DNA of 64,000 nucleotides, taken from the human T2T-CHM13v2.0 reference genome, Homo sapiens. The position numbers and the translations under genes were made by a program. Position 1 is the stretch's first letter. Every line of letters begins with the position of its first letter. Shown one piece after another: positions 31,077 to 44,893 of this stretch. The notes under the pieces were generated by a model. The model was not told the DNA's origin, searched no databases, and saw nothing but the letters and a program-made list of their open reading frames with translations. The DNA lies in assembly GCF_009914755.1 (NCBI RefSeq), contig NC_060925.1; one strand, 5' to 3'.

Positions 31077-31910
31077 TAATAATTGACTATTCTAAGCCAG
31101 AGGCAAATCTTAACCAGTTTGAAAGGCAAAAATCATGAAGAATATGTCCTCTAGACACATGCAATTCAGCTAGATTCCAATACAAAAAGAGAAAAACAAA
31201 TCTCCATATGTTTGGAAATAAACATAATTCTAAATAAATAATAAACCAAAGAAGACAACACAAAGAAAGTAAAAAATGTTTCAAACTGAATAAAAATTAC
31301 ATATCAAAAATAATAGGATATAGTTATAAGCAGTTAGAAGGAAATTTATACCCTTAATTGCATATATTAAAAATATTAAAAATTGATAGAATATATAATT
31401 CTGTAACTACTAATAGCAGAAAAGGGGAATAAAGAAAATTGGTCAATAACCATCAACTTAGAATTGTGTGTCTAGCAATAGTATCATTAAAGAAAGAGGG
31501 TAAAATAAAAAACGTGCAGATTAAAAAGAAACGGGTAGTTTACAATGAAGAAATGAAGAATAACAAGAAGAGAAAATATTCTAAAAGGACAGGTTGATAT
31601 GCAAGAAAAATTGGTGAACAAATGTTTAGGTAAATCTAAGCAAATGTTGTTTCTATCAAAATAAATAAATAAATAAATAAAAGAATGTCTAACATGCAGG
31701 CAAAAAACTGAATGTCCAAAAACAACAATAATAACAAAACTATGTAAGATTTAAGAGAGAAGATTAGAGCTAAAGTGTCCTAATCTTGTTGTATGAGTTG
31801 GGAGAGAGCCATATTATTATAGAACTGTAAGTTAAATATATGAAAAAATTTCAAGCCTAACCAATAAAGAACAAGTATAAAAATCACATAACCTCTAAAG
31901 CAACAGAGAA

Positions 31911-32410
31911 TATAGTAGGCAGAATAACACTACCCCTCAAAAATGTCCACATTATAATCTCCAGAACGTATAAATATATTACCTCACCTGCCAAAAAGGA
32001 CTTTGCAGATGTGATTAAGATTACAGGCCTTGAGATAGTAGAGATTATTCTGGATTATTCCCCTGGGCCCAATCTCATCACATGAGTCCCTAAAGTCAGA
32101 GAATCTTTCCTAGCTTTAGAGAACCAGAGAGATGTCAGTGTGAGGAGGACTCAAGCCTGCTATTGGTGGCTTTGAAGATGGAGAAAGGTGGCCCCAAACC
32201 AAGGAATGTGGATGGCTTCAAGATGTTGGAATGTGCAAGGAAATTGATTCTTTCCTAGAGCCTCAAGAGAAATGCAGTCTTATCAACACCTGATCTTTAC
32301 CTGATGAGATCTGATTGGACTTCTGACAGAACTGTAAGATCATAAATTTGTATTGTTTAAGTGACTAACTTGGTAGTAATTTGTTATAACTTCAATAGAA
32401 AACCATATAA
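31911..32410 (+). mobile_element. MLT1D/E-like MaLR LTR
   Basis: gtaggcagaataa...ggactttgcagatgtgattaag...ggctttgaagatgga...agaactgtaagat...gtaatttgttata. Confidence 0.78.
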
Positions 32411-34490
32411 TAGAAAAAAAAAACTGAAGAGAGGAAGAAAAATTTCTTCAACTAATCCAAAGAAAAGGCAAGAAGAAAAAAATAGAAAAACAGGAAAACA
32501 GTAAAATAGAAACATATACAAAAATAACAATAATCACAGCATATTTCAATGTACATGTATTAACTTTACCAATGAAAATATAACCATTCCAGATTAAATT
32601 GAAAAAAAACCTATATGTTATTTACAAGAGACATATCTAAAGCATAACAGGGCAAGTATAAAAGAGATGGCAAAAAGATATTAATTAACCCAAATACGCT
32701 ATCAATCAAACCCTTTCTAAGGAAAGATGGCTCAAGCTGGAGCTGAAAAGGAAATTCAACTCTAATCTGTTAACTGACCAAGGACCATATGACTGAGAAT
32801 TGTAGAATGGAAAGGCAGAATTCTTATTTTACAGAAAAAAATATCAATTTCTCCCTGGGAATTTAATAATGAGAAGGCATTCTTCATTGTATTATTTGGG
32901 AGGCAGTTACACTGTTGTTGGGTCTATCGTATAATCAATAGCATGCCATCTTAGACAACGATACTATAGATAAGTAAAGATGAGAAAAAGATTGGGGGTG
33001 AGTTTTTAGCAAGGCCTCTGTTACTGAACTAAGGTATTCCTCTAAGGCATTAGGGTGCCCTTCTGCAGCCAAAACTCAACTGCTCACCACTGGTCCTAGG
33101 ACAATATACAAAGCAACAGTAATTGGTATTGAGGGAAAGGTTTCCCAAAGGTGAGAGCAAGACTAAACTAATATTCATCTGGTCTGTTCCCCGAGAAGTA
33201 GCCATAGTCTACTAGAGCATGGCAGCCAATTGGCTTAAAGGTATAAAACCCAGAAAACAACTAGGAATGTGTACTCTTGCTCCTCATGAGTAAAGTAACT
33301 TCTATCCCTGTTCCCATAAGAAAGTGCTCTCTCTCTCTACTTCTTCCATTTGCTTCTCCATGTCCGGCCATATTTAAGGGTTTCTGGTTATTTGTGGCCC
33401 TACCTCTTTTTTCTCAGACCTGCAGACCCTCAAGTAGGGGATAGTGTACAAGTAAGAGATAGCGTATTGTTCTCCTGCTTTCACATGTTAAGCACATTGG
33501 AATCAGAGTCCGGCACCTGCAGTGGAAGCCTGTTTCTCTCTAGTGCTCTCTCTCCTGTGCTCCATGGGCTGGGAGGCAGGATGAGAACCCTGGGCAAGTA
33601 TGCCCTTAGTTTGTTCTGTAGATCCAACTTTTCCTCAGGCAGGCCTCAAGTTCCAGATCAGTGTAAGGGATAGAGGAAATAGGAATAGAAAGAAAGCCTC
33701 AACCATTCTCAAACACGCTTTCACAAGACAGCCTAAGTAAAATTAATACTTAATATTTTGATCTACATCTATCTCCTGTGTTAGTTCTTCATCAGTTAGT
33801 AATTTGGAGGGAAGAATGGAGACTAACTGAGCTCAAGAGATGACAAGAAGCTGTTTTAAGGAGGAATGTAAAAGATAAAAAAGAGAAGAGAAATAAGAGA
33901 GATCTATGAAGGAGACAAGTAAATTGGTAAGATTAGGTCCCCATGTGGATTTAGGGATAAAATACACATGGAACTCAAGGACAGCCACCAATTTTGTAAG
34001 TATGTAATTAGGTGAATATTGTGTTAGTGCATACAGAAGTAGGTTTTTCAATGAAAGAGAATTAATTTAATTTTGAATTTGTCAATTAATTCAATTTTGG
34101 ATTTTTAAGTTCCTGTGAAAAATCTACATGGAAACGTTCAGGAAAAAGCTTAAACATATGGTTTTACAGCTGGGGTGATGACATAAATTTGGAAAGCAAC
34201 ACATTGTTGAAGTCATGGAGTACATAGAATCCCCTGGGAGAGTATATAGAATGAGAAAAAAAGGGCCATGAACAGAACCCTGGGGAATACCAGGAGTCTT
34301 TTTTGCCTCTGAGAAGGAATGACTCTGAGAAAAAATAGCCAGAGAGATAGAGATGGAAGCAGCGGTGGGGGTAGCGGTGGTGAAGTGCCATAACAACCAG
34401 GGGAAGACAGAATAATAATTTTTAAAGTATTCTAAACTTAATTTATTCCAGTTGGGATGGAAGAACAGAAGAGGTACATTTTTTGTATTT

Positions 34491-34572
34491 ATTAAAATTA
34501 AATTTAATTTAATTTTAATTTTAATTTTAATTTTAATTTAATTTTTAAATTTAATTTTAATTAAAATTAAAA
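34491..34572. repeat. Pure-AT (TTTTAA)n/(TTAAAA)n tract with inverted symmetry
   Basis: Read directly from the sequence; see findings. Confidence 0.9.
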
Positions 34573-36639
34573 TGTCTTTTAAGTCATTCATACATTATGA
34601 TATCCCAATACTGTAATCCTGCTAAACTATATAATACCTGAACACTGAAGTTGTTTCAAACTTGATATAGCCAAGATTTTATGACATTTCCTTCCAATGA
34701 AATTTCTTCAAACATATATCTGATGATACTGCCAAATCTTCACATAGAAAAAACGTATAGTTCATATGAGTCAAATTCTAATATTAGAAAATGTATGTTC
34801 ATCCATAAGAATTGTTAAACTACATAAGTCTAGAAAACATATAAAGTATTATTTCAGTACCTTTTAAAAAATTATCAATTAAGCAAATGCTTGGAATTTT
34901 TGGGCTGTATTTAAAAATTCAAAAGGTGATTTAGTTCAAAAGGTTATTTAGGTCAATCTCCCTACCTCCAGGGAGAAGTATTCTTAAGCCCCTTCCAAGC
35001 ACAGGTCTCACCTAAAATACGGCTTGTTTTTTTATCCATATACCATTTCAGTACATCTCCAAGAGGACAGGAAAATGCATACTGTGACTGAGTTCCTGCT
35101 GTGATGGAGCCTCAAATAACTTGGGCTTAGACCTTGGGATCAAAGATTATACACACAGTTGACTTCATAATTTTTCTTCTGAAAAACAGGGGGGTCTTCC
35201 TTTCACTGAAAGTTAATAGATGGGCACAAGAATTTCATGTATTTAACATCTACTATAATGTTGTTCACCCAACCTACTGATGCCTTTCTCCCTTTAATTT
35301 GATTAGATGGCTTGCTTTCTGGCTGAGACTCAAAAGGAATGAGGATTGCTCAATGTAAATATGTGGCTCAGTACTTAAAATTAATGGATTTTTAAATAGG
35401 ATACTAGCATTATTTTTCATTGATTTTTATAAACTTCTTACTAAAGATATAAGCTATCAAAGTAAACATTTAATACCTCACTTATCACATGGGGAATAGC
35501 TGTCTATTCATATAAAATTCCTCTATCATTCATACACATGCATACATATACATATTGACTCATCATATGAAAACTTTAATTATTTCTGGTTTGAGGTAAT
35601 AAATTTTTAGAAAGACACAAATTGTATCGTGTCTCCAAATCTAAACAACAATCATAAAGCACCAATTAATTACTAGCTAAAATTAAAATCAAAGACTGAC
35701 TCATTGACAACTTGTAACCTTTATCCATTTGATTAGAGGATCTTTATAAAGAGAGGATAAAAATGTGAATCAAATGTCAGATTTCTACAGTCAAAGGGAA
35801 TTGGAAAGCTGAAGCTAGTTCATGAGTTAAGCTGAATTATATTAAATTATCTGGATAACTGCTCCCCAATTAGCTGATAGGCTCCATGGGGATCAATTTC
35901 ACTCATCCTCCTCACTACAGGCTTTACTATAGAAAGAAAAGAGTTGAAAATGTAATTGGTTCATAAATTTTTCTCAACACTATACAAAACTGAGAACTAG
36001 ACTAAATCGGTTGTTACATAGAAGGTGTTTCTGTGGAACGCTGATAGACATACACACATATTTCCATATGCTTACTTTTTGCCATTTAAATAAAACAATA
36101 AATTTTTGAAACTCTTCGGTTTGGAAGAAGTTTATTTAAATCACCCAAATGGTTGTTGGATTTACTAACCCATATGCAATTAAGAAAGAATAAGAAGAGA
36201 AAATGGTGAATCAATTTGAGTCAGTAAAATATATACTACATATATTTTCATTTTCATTAACTATATAAAGCCCAAATACTTCAAATTTGTTTTTACATTA
36301 AAATAGAATTCTTCTGTTCATCCTGTTTTAAAATCAGTCCCATTCAACAGTATTTGCCAGCATATTAATTAGAGGTTTAGTAGAAAGAGAATGAATTTTA
36401 GGGAAAAACAAAACACGGTTTTCTGGTTTCCCTTTACTTTCTAGCTGTGTTACTGTGGACAAGTTACTTACCCATTCTATAAAATAGATTTAACAACATT
36501 CACTTCAGTCAAATCATAGTTAAAATACATAAATTATAATTTTTATGGTTGTTATTTTATTTTTCTTAGGTCAGACTGTTAACCCTGACTCCCTAACTCA
36601 CTTATTTTGCTAGTTTAAATAAAAATTTAAAGCAGTCTT

Positions 36640-36866
36640 CCAGCCTGGGCAAGAAGGCCAAACTCCATCTCTAGCAAAATACCAAAAAATTAGCCAGGAA
36701 TAGTGGTGCATGGCTGTAGTTCCAGCTACCTGGGAGGCTTAGATGGGAGGATCACTTGAGCATGGGAAGTCAAGGGTGCAGTGGGCTATGATCATGCCAC
36801 TTCACTTCAGCCTGGGTGACAGAGCCAGACCCCACCTCAAAAATAACAATAATTAAATAAAATAAA
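36640..36866 (+). mobile_element. 5'-truncated AluJ
   Basis: Starts mid left arm; ggaggatcacttgagc; TSD taaag(c/t)agtctt. Confidence 0.87.
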
Positions 36867-38597
36867 GTAGTCTTGAACTGAGGTGTATGTAAAGTGCATA
36901 TCATAGTGTCTGGCACATAGTATGTGCTCCATAAATGAATGCTACACATATTTATGAGTTTTAAATAAAGGAATTATGGTTGGCATTTCTTTAATCCCAA
37001 AGACTTTTACATAAGATCTCATAACATTAAAAGATTCCTATTTATTTATCTAATACCTGAAATTTCTGTCCTATTTCAAAGAGAGTCTTTGGTCTTCCTT
37101 TTTAATGAGGCATGCACCACCCCTCTGATCCATCACCATTTGTGTACTAACACCCACACTAAGAATCCAATCACCTCAAGAGCTATAAAGTGCTTATACA
37201 GAAAGACTATGGAAGTCACAGAAAGAGATATCATATTACTATAAGAGTGACTCAGACGTTAGGCAATCAGCTAGTCATTTGAGTAGTAGATCTCAAAAAA
37301 TAGTTTGATTGATTTGTTTTCCCTATTGAATTAAATCATTTTTGGAGCCTTTTATACATATAGCCTTAACTTCTACAAATAATCCCTATTTTAATTACAG
37401 CACCAATCACTCTACAGGAAAAAAAAACTCCCCAAACCATACAAAGTATAAGCTACAGAAATTAAAGCCAAGAAAGATGACAAAGGAATTAAAATTTCAC
37501 TTCAAATATAATTAATTCTAGTCTCAGAAAGTTGAAATTCATAAATGTAGAGACTGAAAATTAAAATGTCATCTTGCTAATACTGAAAATCAGTATTCAG
37601 AAGGAAAACATCAAAAATCCTTGTTTTCTTGTTTTCTATAAGTCTAATTTTCAGCTGTATCTACAAGTTGTTCTTTCTCTTCCATTTTTTTTCTTAGCCC
37701 CTTTTACAGATGACTGTATCTCTTCTAAATCAAAACTGAGAAAAAGAATGATGAATGCAGCTTTGACAAACAATAGAGAGAAGAACAGGGACACATGTGG
37801 AGGCACCATGTCACAGTTTCTCTCACAGAAAGAGCCACATGCAGTGGGAGGAAGATAGGGAGGCGGGGATGCCAGCCAGTGGGAAACTCTTCCTTTAGAC
37901 ATACCGTACCTCCAGACATTTCGATGACATAAATTTATTCATTCATATATTTAACAAACTTTTGTGGGTCACACTCTGTGAATAATTTACTGTTTGAGGT
38001 ATCACTACAACAGTTTTTAGGGATACAGTTATGAATAAGATACATCAGTCTCCCTGTATCATAATTTCTTTATATGGTTTCTTTTTTTTTTCCTTTTTAC
38101 AACACTCACATTGTCATTTTTCAATTGATCCGTTGGTCAACATCTATTAGATATAAATATATATATATATATATCTGTTAACAAAACTTGACAATAGGCA
38201 GCATTAGTTACAAACAATCTAGGCAAAAACCTCCTGGTCAACTAGATCAAAGATCATCATTTGAAAACAGGGAGAAAGTGGAAAAAGGAAAGAATAGATC
38301 ATAGATTTTAAATTGTGATTCATTAATTCGTTCAGCTAATACAGACAAGGTGCTTGCAATGTGGATGGAGATGTGCTAAGTGCCACAGGAGACATAAACA
38401 TGAATTAAGTCAGATGAGACATGCACAACTATGGTATTATCAATTTTTTTTTAAATTGAAAAAAAGAAAAAGAATGAAGACAACCATTTTCCAGGTCCTA
38501 TCCATCCTCATATGGTTACATACTCCCAGTCTTGATTCAGATTGACTTTGAACCCAAAGTTAGAGCATGTAAAAAGATTATATAATTGTTTTCTTAC

Positions 38598-38764
38598 TTT
38601 TCTTTCCTACTGCCCAGCTGGCGAGCTGTATATTGATCCCCATAGTCAATTAATACCAGTTGTCGAGAAAAGACATTCACTTTGTTGCCTATAAATAAAT
38701 CTTCCAAGTGCAGGTTATCATATTTGGTCCGCTTTAAAAAGGTGCGATGATTCTTTACATCATG
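38598..38764 (-). CDS. NME7: NME7 exon 3 (167 nt, phase 0-2), HDVKNHRTFLKRTKYDNLHLEDLFIGNKVNVFSRQLVLIDYGDQYTARQLGSRKE(K), rest of DM10 domain
   Basis: Acceptor ggttctag|CATGAT, donor GAAAA|gtaaga; translated by hand, not in the ORF track. Confidence 0.96.
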
Positions 38765-39315
38765 CTAGAACCAGACACAACAATATAACAAACAAACAAA
38801 AAAAGTTATGAATAAGGAAAGTTAATCTCATCATAAGGTAGAAATAATTCTTAATTCTGTCTTATCAAAGATAGGTTATATTCTGTTTCTTTTTTGTTAC
38901 AAATATAAATCATAATTTTTAATAACTTCCATATTTCCTAATCCAATCTGGTAATAACATAAAAGCTTCTTATTACAAATTTAATACTCTTAAAAACCTG
39001 AATAGAAAGATTTGTTTATTACCAAATCATTTCAGCAAAGTAGTCCTTACAAAATGCTAAAGAAAGAGTCATACACCCAAATTTCTGCTTTCTTGTGTAC
39101 ACAAAATCCCAATACCAAAAAGATCTACTTGTTAAAATTGTGTTGCCAGTGAAAGAACACAAAGAAACAGAAGTCTCTTAGCTTGAGCCTCTTCAATTTG
39201 ACTTTTTGTAGCAATAACAGCTTTCAATAATGAGGACGTATTTATGACCATAATAATCCTTATCTATAATCACTTGTTTATTTCTTATCCAAAACATGAA
39301 TAATCCCATTTCAGT

Positions 39316-39633
<318 letters not shown>

Positions 39634-39871
39634 CCCACTTCAGTCTTCTAACAACAACAACAAAAAATTCCTATTTTTGACATTAAAAATAAAGGCACAA
39701 GTTAACTTCTTATATTGGAATTATAATGAATAAGTTTAAAAAGAATTTCCATATGTATATATACACACACACATACATATAAATGTGTTTTTAAAAAGCA
39801 ATTATATAAAAGGCAATGGTTCCCATGTTCACCCCCTTTGCCAACATTCAAGCAAAGAAAGGCTTATTTAC

Positions 39872-39979
39872 CATTTCAACAGATCCATCCCCTGGGTAAA
39901 ATAAAAGCTCATAACGTCGAAGAAGTGAAGCATTTGGATCATACCACTCTGCAATGAAAACGAATCTTTCACTATGATT
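39872..39979 (-). CDS. NME7: NME7 exon 2 (108 nt, phase 0-0), NHSERFVFIAEWYDPNASLLRRYELLFYPGDGSVEM, first part of DM10 domain
   Basis: Acceptor tctttgcag|AATCAT, donor GAAATG|gtaaat; peptide is in ORF 39848..40063. Confidence 0.97.
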
Positions 39980-40504
39980 CTGCAAAGAAAGACAGAAGAA
40001 TTTTAACACTAACATATAAAGAACAAGCACTCTTCTGTAAGTCACACAAAATGAAATTACCAATATGCAAGAAACAAAATTACTTCTACCTATTATATTG
40101 AATGTTTCTGCTTTTCAACAAAGTATCAGTTATCAACACACCCTCAGCAATATTTCCTTTCAATTTCTCACTAAATACCCTTAGATATCTCAAAGATGAC
40201 TTATGGATTGCTTTTTACTTTACAGCCATCTAATCATCCTGAGTAAATTAACGTTTTCTGAGAACATGAGCTCCTGATTTTACTATTGTAACAATTCAGT
40301 CCTTCTGAAAGCAAGTTTACATACAGACTATCAATAAACTAATATAAGAATAAATTTCTGAGGAGAGCTCTCAATTATATGAAGTTTTGACTTCCCTAAA
40401 TTTGAGAATCTAGTAGTATCAGAATATTACCATTAAAATTATAGCAAACATTTTTTTTTCCTTAGTAATTTCATATGATAGTATCTTTTTATAGAAATAG
40501 AGAA

Positions 40505-40942
40505 TGTGTTAGTCTAGGACCTCTGAAAATGAATGTGAAGACAAGATTGAACATACAAGAATTTCATTAAGGAAAATTCCCGTAATATAAAATGATGAGG
40601 GAGCCAAGGAAGACTAGAAAAGCCGATAAAAACAATAGAAGTTTGACACAGAGTGGTGGAGAGATGCAAGGAAGGTTAAGTGGAATCATCCCACATTGCT
40701 ACACCCTCTAAGAAAGGTTCTGTAAGCCCATCAGGAAGTGCTAGAGCCAGGTGACTCCCAAGGACAGGGAGGGGCCAGCTTTAGTATCCCTGCTCCTCTC
40801 AATCAGTGGCTGGGAGCAGCCTTTGGGAAGCAAGTGCTCAGCACAAAAGCAGCAGTGGATTTCAGAGAACAGCAGCTGGGACCCTTGGTCACTTAGGTTG
40901 CCTGTAGTTGGAGGTCTGTGAAGTACACTCTTAGGGCTACCA
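40505..40942 (-). mobile_element. LTR16-family ERVL solo LTR
   Basis: tgtgttagtctaggacctctga...agacaagatt...caagaatttcatt and cagtggctgggagcagcc resemble reversed LTR16. Confidence 0.6.
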
Positions 40943-43900
40943 CAGAGAGCAAAAAATGAAAAAAATAAGTCAAAGATGGGTCCTTTTCCCTTGACTATTG
41001 AGCAGGACTTCCCATCATATATGTTAGTAAAAATACCCTCGCCCCAAAGATCTTCATTATAATAAGCAAATAAAAGCATAGGGAAGAAGGGAATCTAGGA
41101 GTTTTATTGCTAATTCTGGATTTGCCATCTGATGCTCTGGTTAGGGAAAATTTGGGGGTTCTTTTTAAGTTAATAATTGACTTATAAATTCTAATGGTAG
41201 AAGTTGTGTGTCTAATGATGTTTATAATATATCCATAAACTATAACGTAGATGACACTTTTATTTTTAAGACACTTTTATTTTTCCCACAATCATCCAAA
41301 GACATATTTAAACCATGCTGATTACTCAAGAGAAAATAAATGTAAAATAAGAGACATACTATGACATTTGTAAAAGCCTTTCATCATATATATTTTTCAT
41401 ATTGATTATAACAATACAGCTTTTTTGAGTTTAGGTTTCACTGTGCATTCTAGTATTGTACTCACCTACAAATAAAAATTTAAATATTAGTAGATTATTA
41501 AAATTTTTACTATCCATAATAAAATATTTATTTAAATACATAATTGAAATGTTGCCTTCACTAAAATAAATATAAAATAGAAGAAATGACACATCTAACT
41601 AAAGCAAATGAAAAATCCACGAAACCTGGTACTTCCATTTATCCATGTAGCCTATCCACCAAACCTGCCAACCACACTCTTTAATTCTGAATTGGGCAGC
41701 AGAATTTTGCACTATACTCTATCCAGAAAAGAGTTTTAATACAAAGAAAATAAACTGAGGAACTGTTGCTTCTGGCTATGACAAAGTAGCTCACAGCAAA
41801 CCAATGCTACTTCTAAGAACAACTAGAAAAGTAGGATATCAAAGATTTGGAGAGCTTTTAAGGCAGCCAGGATCTGAGGATCCAAGATCCAGAAAGACAG
41901 GAAGCCCATTGAAGTGAAACCAACATTCATTGCGTTGTCTTTACTCGTAAGACATGTGCTGAGTCTCAAGTCAAGCAGACAAGTGACTGAGAAGCCTAAG
42001 AAGCTGGTAGAGGGAGCCCACCAAGGGACAGAGAAACAGGTACAAAAGTGAGCTGAAACCTGTGCTTGTTCAGTAGAGCTTTTGGAAACGAACTCCCAAG
42101 CTAGTGCTGTTTCCTCTGTGGGAAAAGGTTTATTACTCCAAGTACAAATTATATTCAAACTTGATTTAAACTTAACTTTCTGGTTTACCTTTATAGTAAA
42201 AACTGTGTTTACTTCCTAGAGTTAAAAGATGTACCTGGAGATATAACAGTGGTACATCTGGACTTGGGATAAAACATCACAGTGAGGTTGGCCTTTCAAC
42301 TACCTGCCTGACACACATGCACATACACACACCATCCAGACCAAAGCCACCCTTAAAATTTAAAGAAAATTTACTTTTCAGCTTTGTTGAGCCAAATCTA
42401 GAAAAAAGGAGGAACTTGGTTTCCTTCCTCAAATGCTATTAAAGCTATATATCATTTTGTTTTAACTCTTCACTTTATGGATAAAGAAACTGAACTCCAG
42501 ATAATATAAATGACTAGCATAAGGTCACAGAGCTGGTTAATAACTGAGCCAAAACTGGAAACTACATTTCCTATGACTCAGATATTTCCATATCACTAGC
42601 CTTCCAGGGCCAACTCAAGAGAGAGAAACTAACACTTTAGTAGCACATAGATACACCTTGAGTTGTCTGTCACAGATGCTCTGATGAGAATGCCACAACC
42701 TAATGATTACACAGACAATCATTAGCTCCTTCTTCCCTGAAGATTCCAACTTCTATCAAAAGTACTTTATGAGGAACATTTAAAGATTACACTGCATCAA
42801 AAAGAGACTTTCTTAAAGAAGCCAAATCATTTTTCCTCTTTTGAACATTTTAAATATAAGTTATACATAATAAAAGAGTTGATCCCTCACACATAATCAC
42901 ACTTTGTTCCAGAAATCTTAAAGTCTTAAAGGAAAATGTGTATTATTATACCAGAAGTCTTGAAGTGACTTGAACTGGACAATGAGGTATTATTATACCC
43001 AGAAGCCTTAGTATCTTAAAGTCTTAAGGTCTCTGTCTATACAGAGAGAACTTTCCTAGAGCACCAGTCTTACTCGATGGTAAGTAACGTAAACAATTTT
43101 TACATTGCAACATGCATATATGTGTATATAAATATATGTTATTGAGTGGAATGTAAAATTCATATAAGTTTTATAACAAAAAATAGGTGATTTTATGGAA
43201 ATATTGACCAATATTGGAATTGCAAGTGAAATTATATTTGAAGATTAAACAAGTCTTTGGAGAAATAAATCACACCACCACCTCTCTCTGCTACTGTTTA
43301 AAGGAAGGTCCAGCTTTACAGTGGATCATATGAAATTAACAATCTTTTCCATACAGATATACTTTAAAAAATCCAAACTCTCAGTTCAAGAGTAAGTTTA
43401 AGCGTATGTTACCAAGCAAAATTGTACCTTGGCCTCATTTCAATAATACTGATCAGAAAGCTATTCCATTCCTGATGATACTATGATCATCAATCAACAA
43501 ATACCAACTGGGCCTGGTACTACTAGCATGCTGAGTGCAACGAGCACACCAATCTGATAAGTCTGCTGCTGCTGGTGCTACTGCTGCTATCATTTGCTGG
43601 CAGCCTACAGCAAGAGACATGGCCCTGAAATGTGTTGCTTAAAGAGAAGATCCAGGAAACTATAAAGGGGTTTTTTGGAGGGGGGGATTATGGAGGAATA
43701 TTTGTGAGAGTCCAAAAGACCTGGGCAAGACTTAATGTCTCTAACTCTCATTTTCCCCATTTGAAAAATGGAAACAGTACTTTCTTCATAAGGTAGTTTT
43801 GGGGATTAAATGACTTAGTTTACATGAAGCACTTAGGATTTCTGTTGCCTATGTCTCCCAAAGCGATGATGGTGGCTTATAGGTCCACCTGTGACTTTAG

Positions 43901-44599
43901 AACTGCATTGTACACACTCATCTCCCTCACTGATCTTTTTCTGACATACAAGAAGAGCAACTCTGGATTTGTGATGATGCAGCCTCAGCTGCAACTAACC
44001 CTAGGTAAATAGTTTTTTAAAGGTCTTTGCAGAAAAAAATCAGTATGAAGGAAAAAGGGATTTATGATGGACAAAAAAATGACTAAAATTATATTTATAA
44101 ATGAAAATAAAAACTATTGAACATATAATACTAGGTAAATTTTTTTGTAAAGGATATATCATATTAATAAATCAGAGCCAAAGTACAATTCTTACCTTTT
44201 GGGGAGTTCAAACAGTTATAGATCTGTTTTTGTCAATAAAAATTTTAGTAACAATTTTCTTTTTAAATTTTATAACACTATCTGTTGCACATTCATCATT
44301 AGTTTTATAATGGACTTAGGGTGCCCCTTAAAGCAGATATAGCTTAGATCATAATACCCAAGACTTTTCAAATACATGTAAAGCCTTCCTAAGAAGGATG
44401 GGTACAAACATGCCAAGATTGCAGACTACAGTAAATACCTAACTTTTCAGTGCCCAGACACAGATGAACATCCACAAGTATCAAGATCATCCAGGAAAAT
44501 ATGAACTTACCAAATAAACCAAATAAGGCACAAGGGACCAATCCTGAAGAAACAGAGATATGTGACCTTTCAGACAGAGTATTCAAAATAGCTCTGCTA

Positions 44600-44893
44600 T
44601 AGGTTTCAAAATCAACCCTGGCTAGGGGCCTGAAGCAAACCAGTTTAGTGCTAACAACAACAACAAAAAAATCTGATCTAATTTTTTTCACTTTACTTTC
44701 TCTCCCACATATTCCTTATTTCTCACTCTACCGCTCCAAGCTTCAACTTCCTTGTTCCTAAATATTTTATGAAAAAGTTCAAAACACTTTTTCTTCTGGA
44801 TAAGTAATATTTGTGTTTTCTTAATGTCATGCTGTGGTTTGAATTTTCAAATTTCATGAAAATTTGTGTTTCCTGAAAAAAAAAAAAAAAAAA
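44600..44893 (+). pseudogene. Orphan retroposed fragment (short processed-pseudogene 3' end or orphan transduction)
   Basis: Non-L1 sequence ending in A18 (44876-44893), flanked by aaaatagCTCTGCTA / aaaaaacCTCTGCTA; host L1 resumes after it. Confidence 0.7.

Noticed and set aside
32700-33790. Unassigned, slightly GC-richer block including ORF 33350..33673
   Set aside because: I could not assign it; it may be an old LTR/ERV remnant. No splice or coding evidence; a Dfam search would settle it.
37574-37919. Overlapping ORFs and a possible acceptor (ttttgatttag|AAGAG) downstream of exon 3
   Set aside because: No recognisable homology and no clear donor; joined to exon 3 it stops within about ten codons. 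Not supportable without RNA data.
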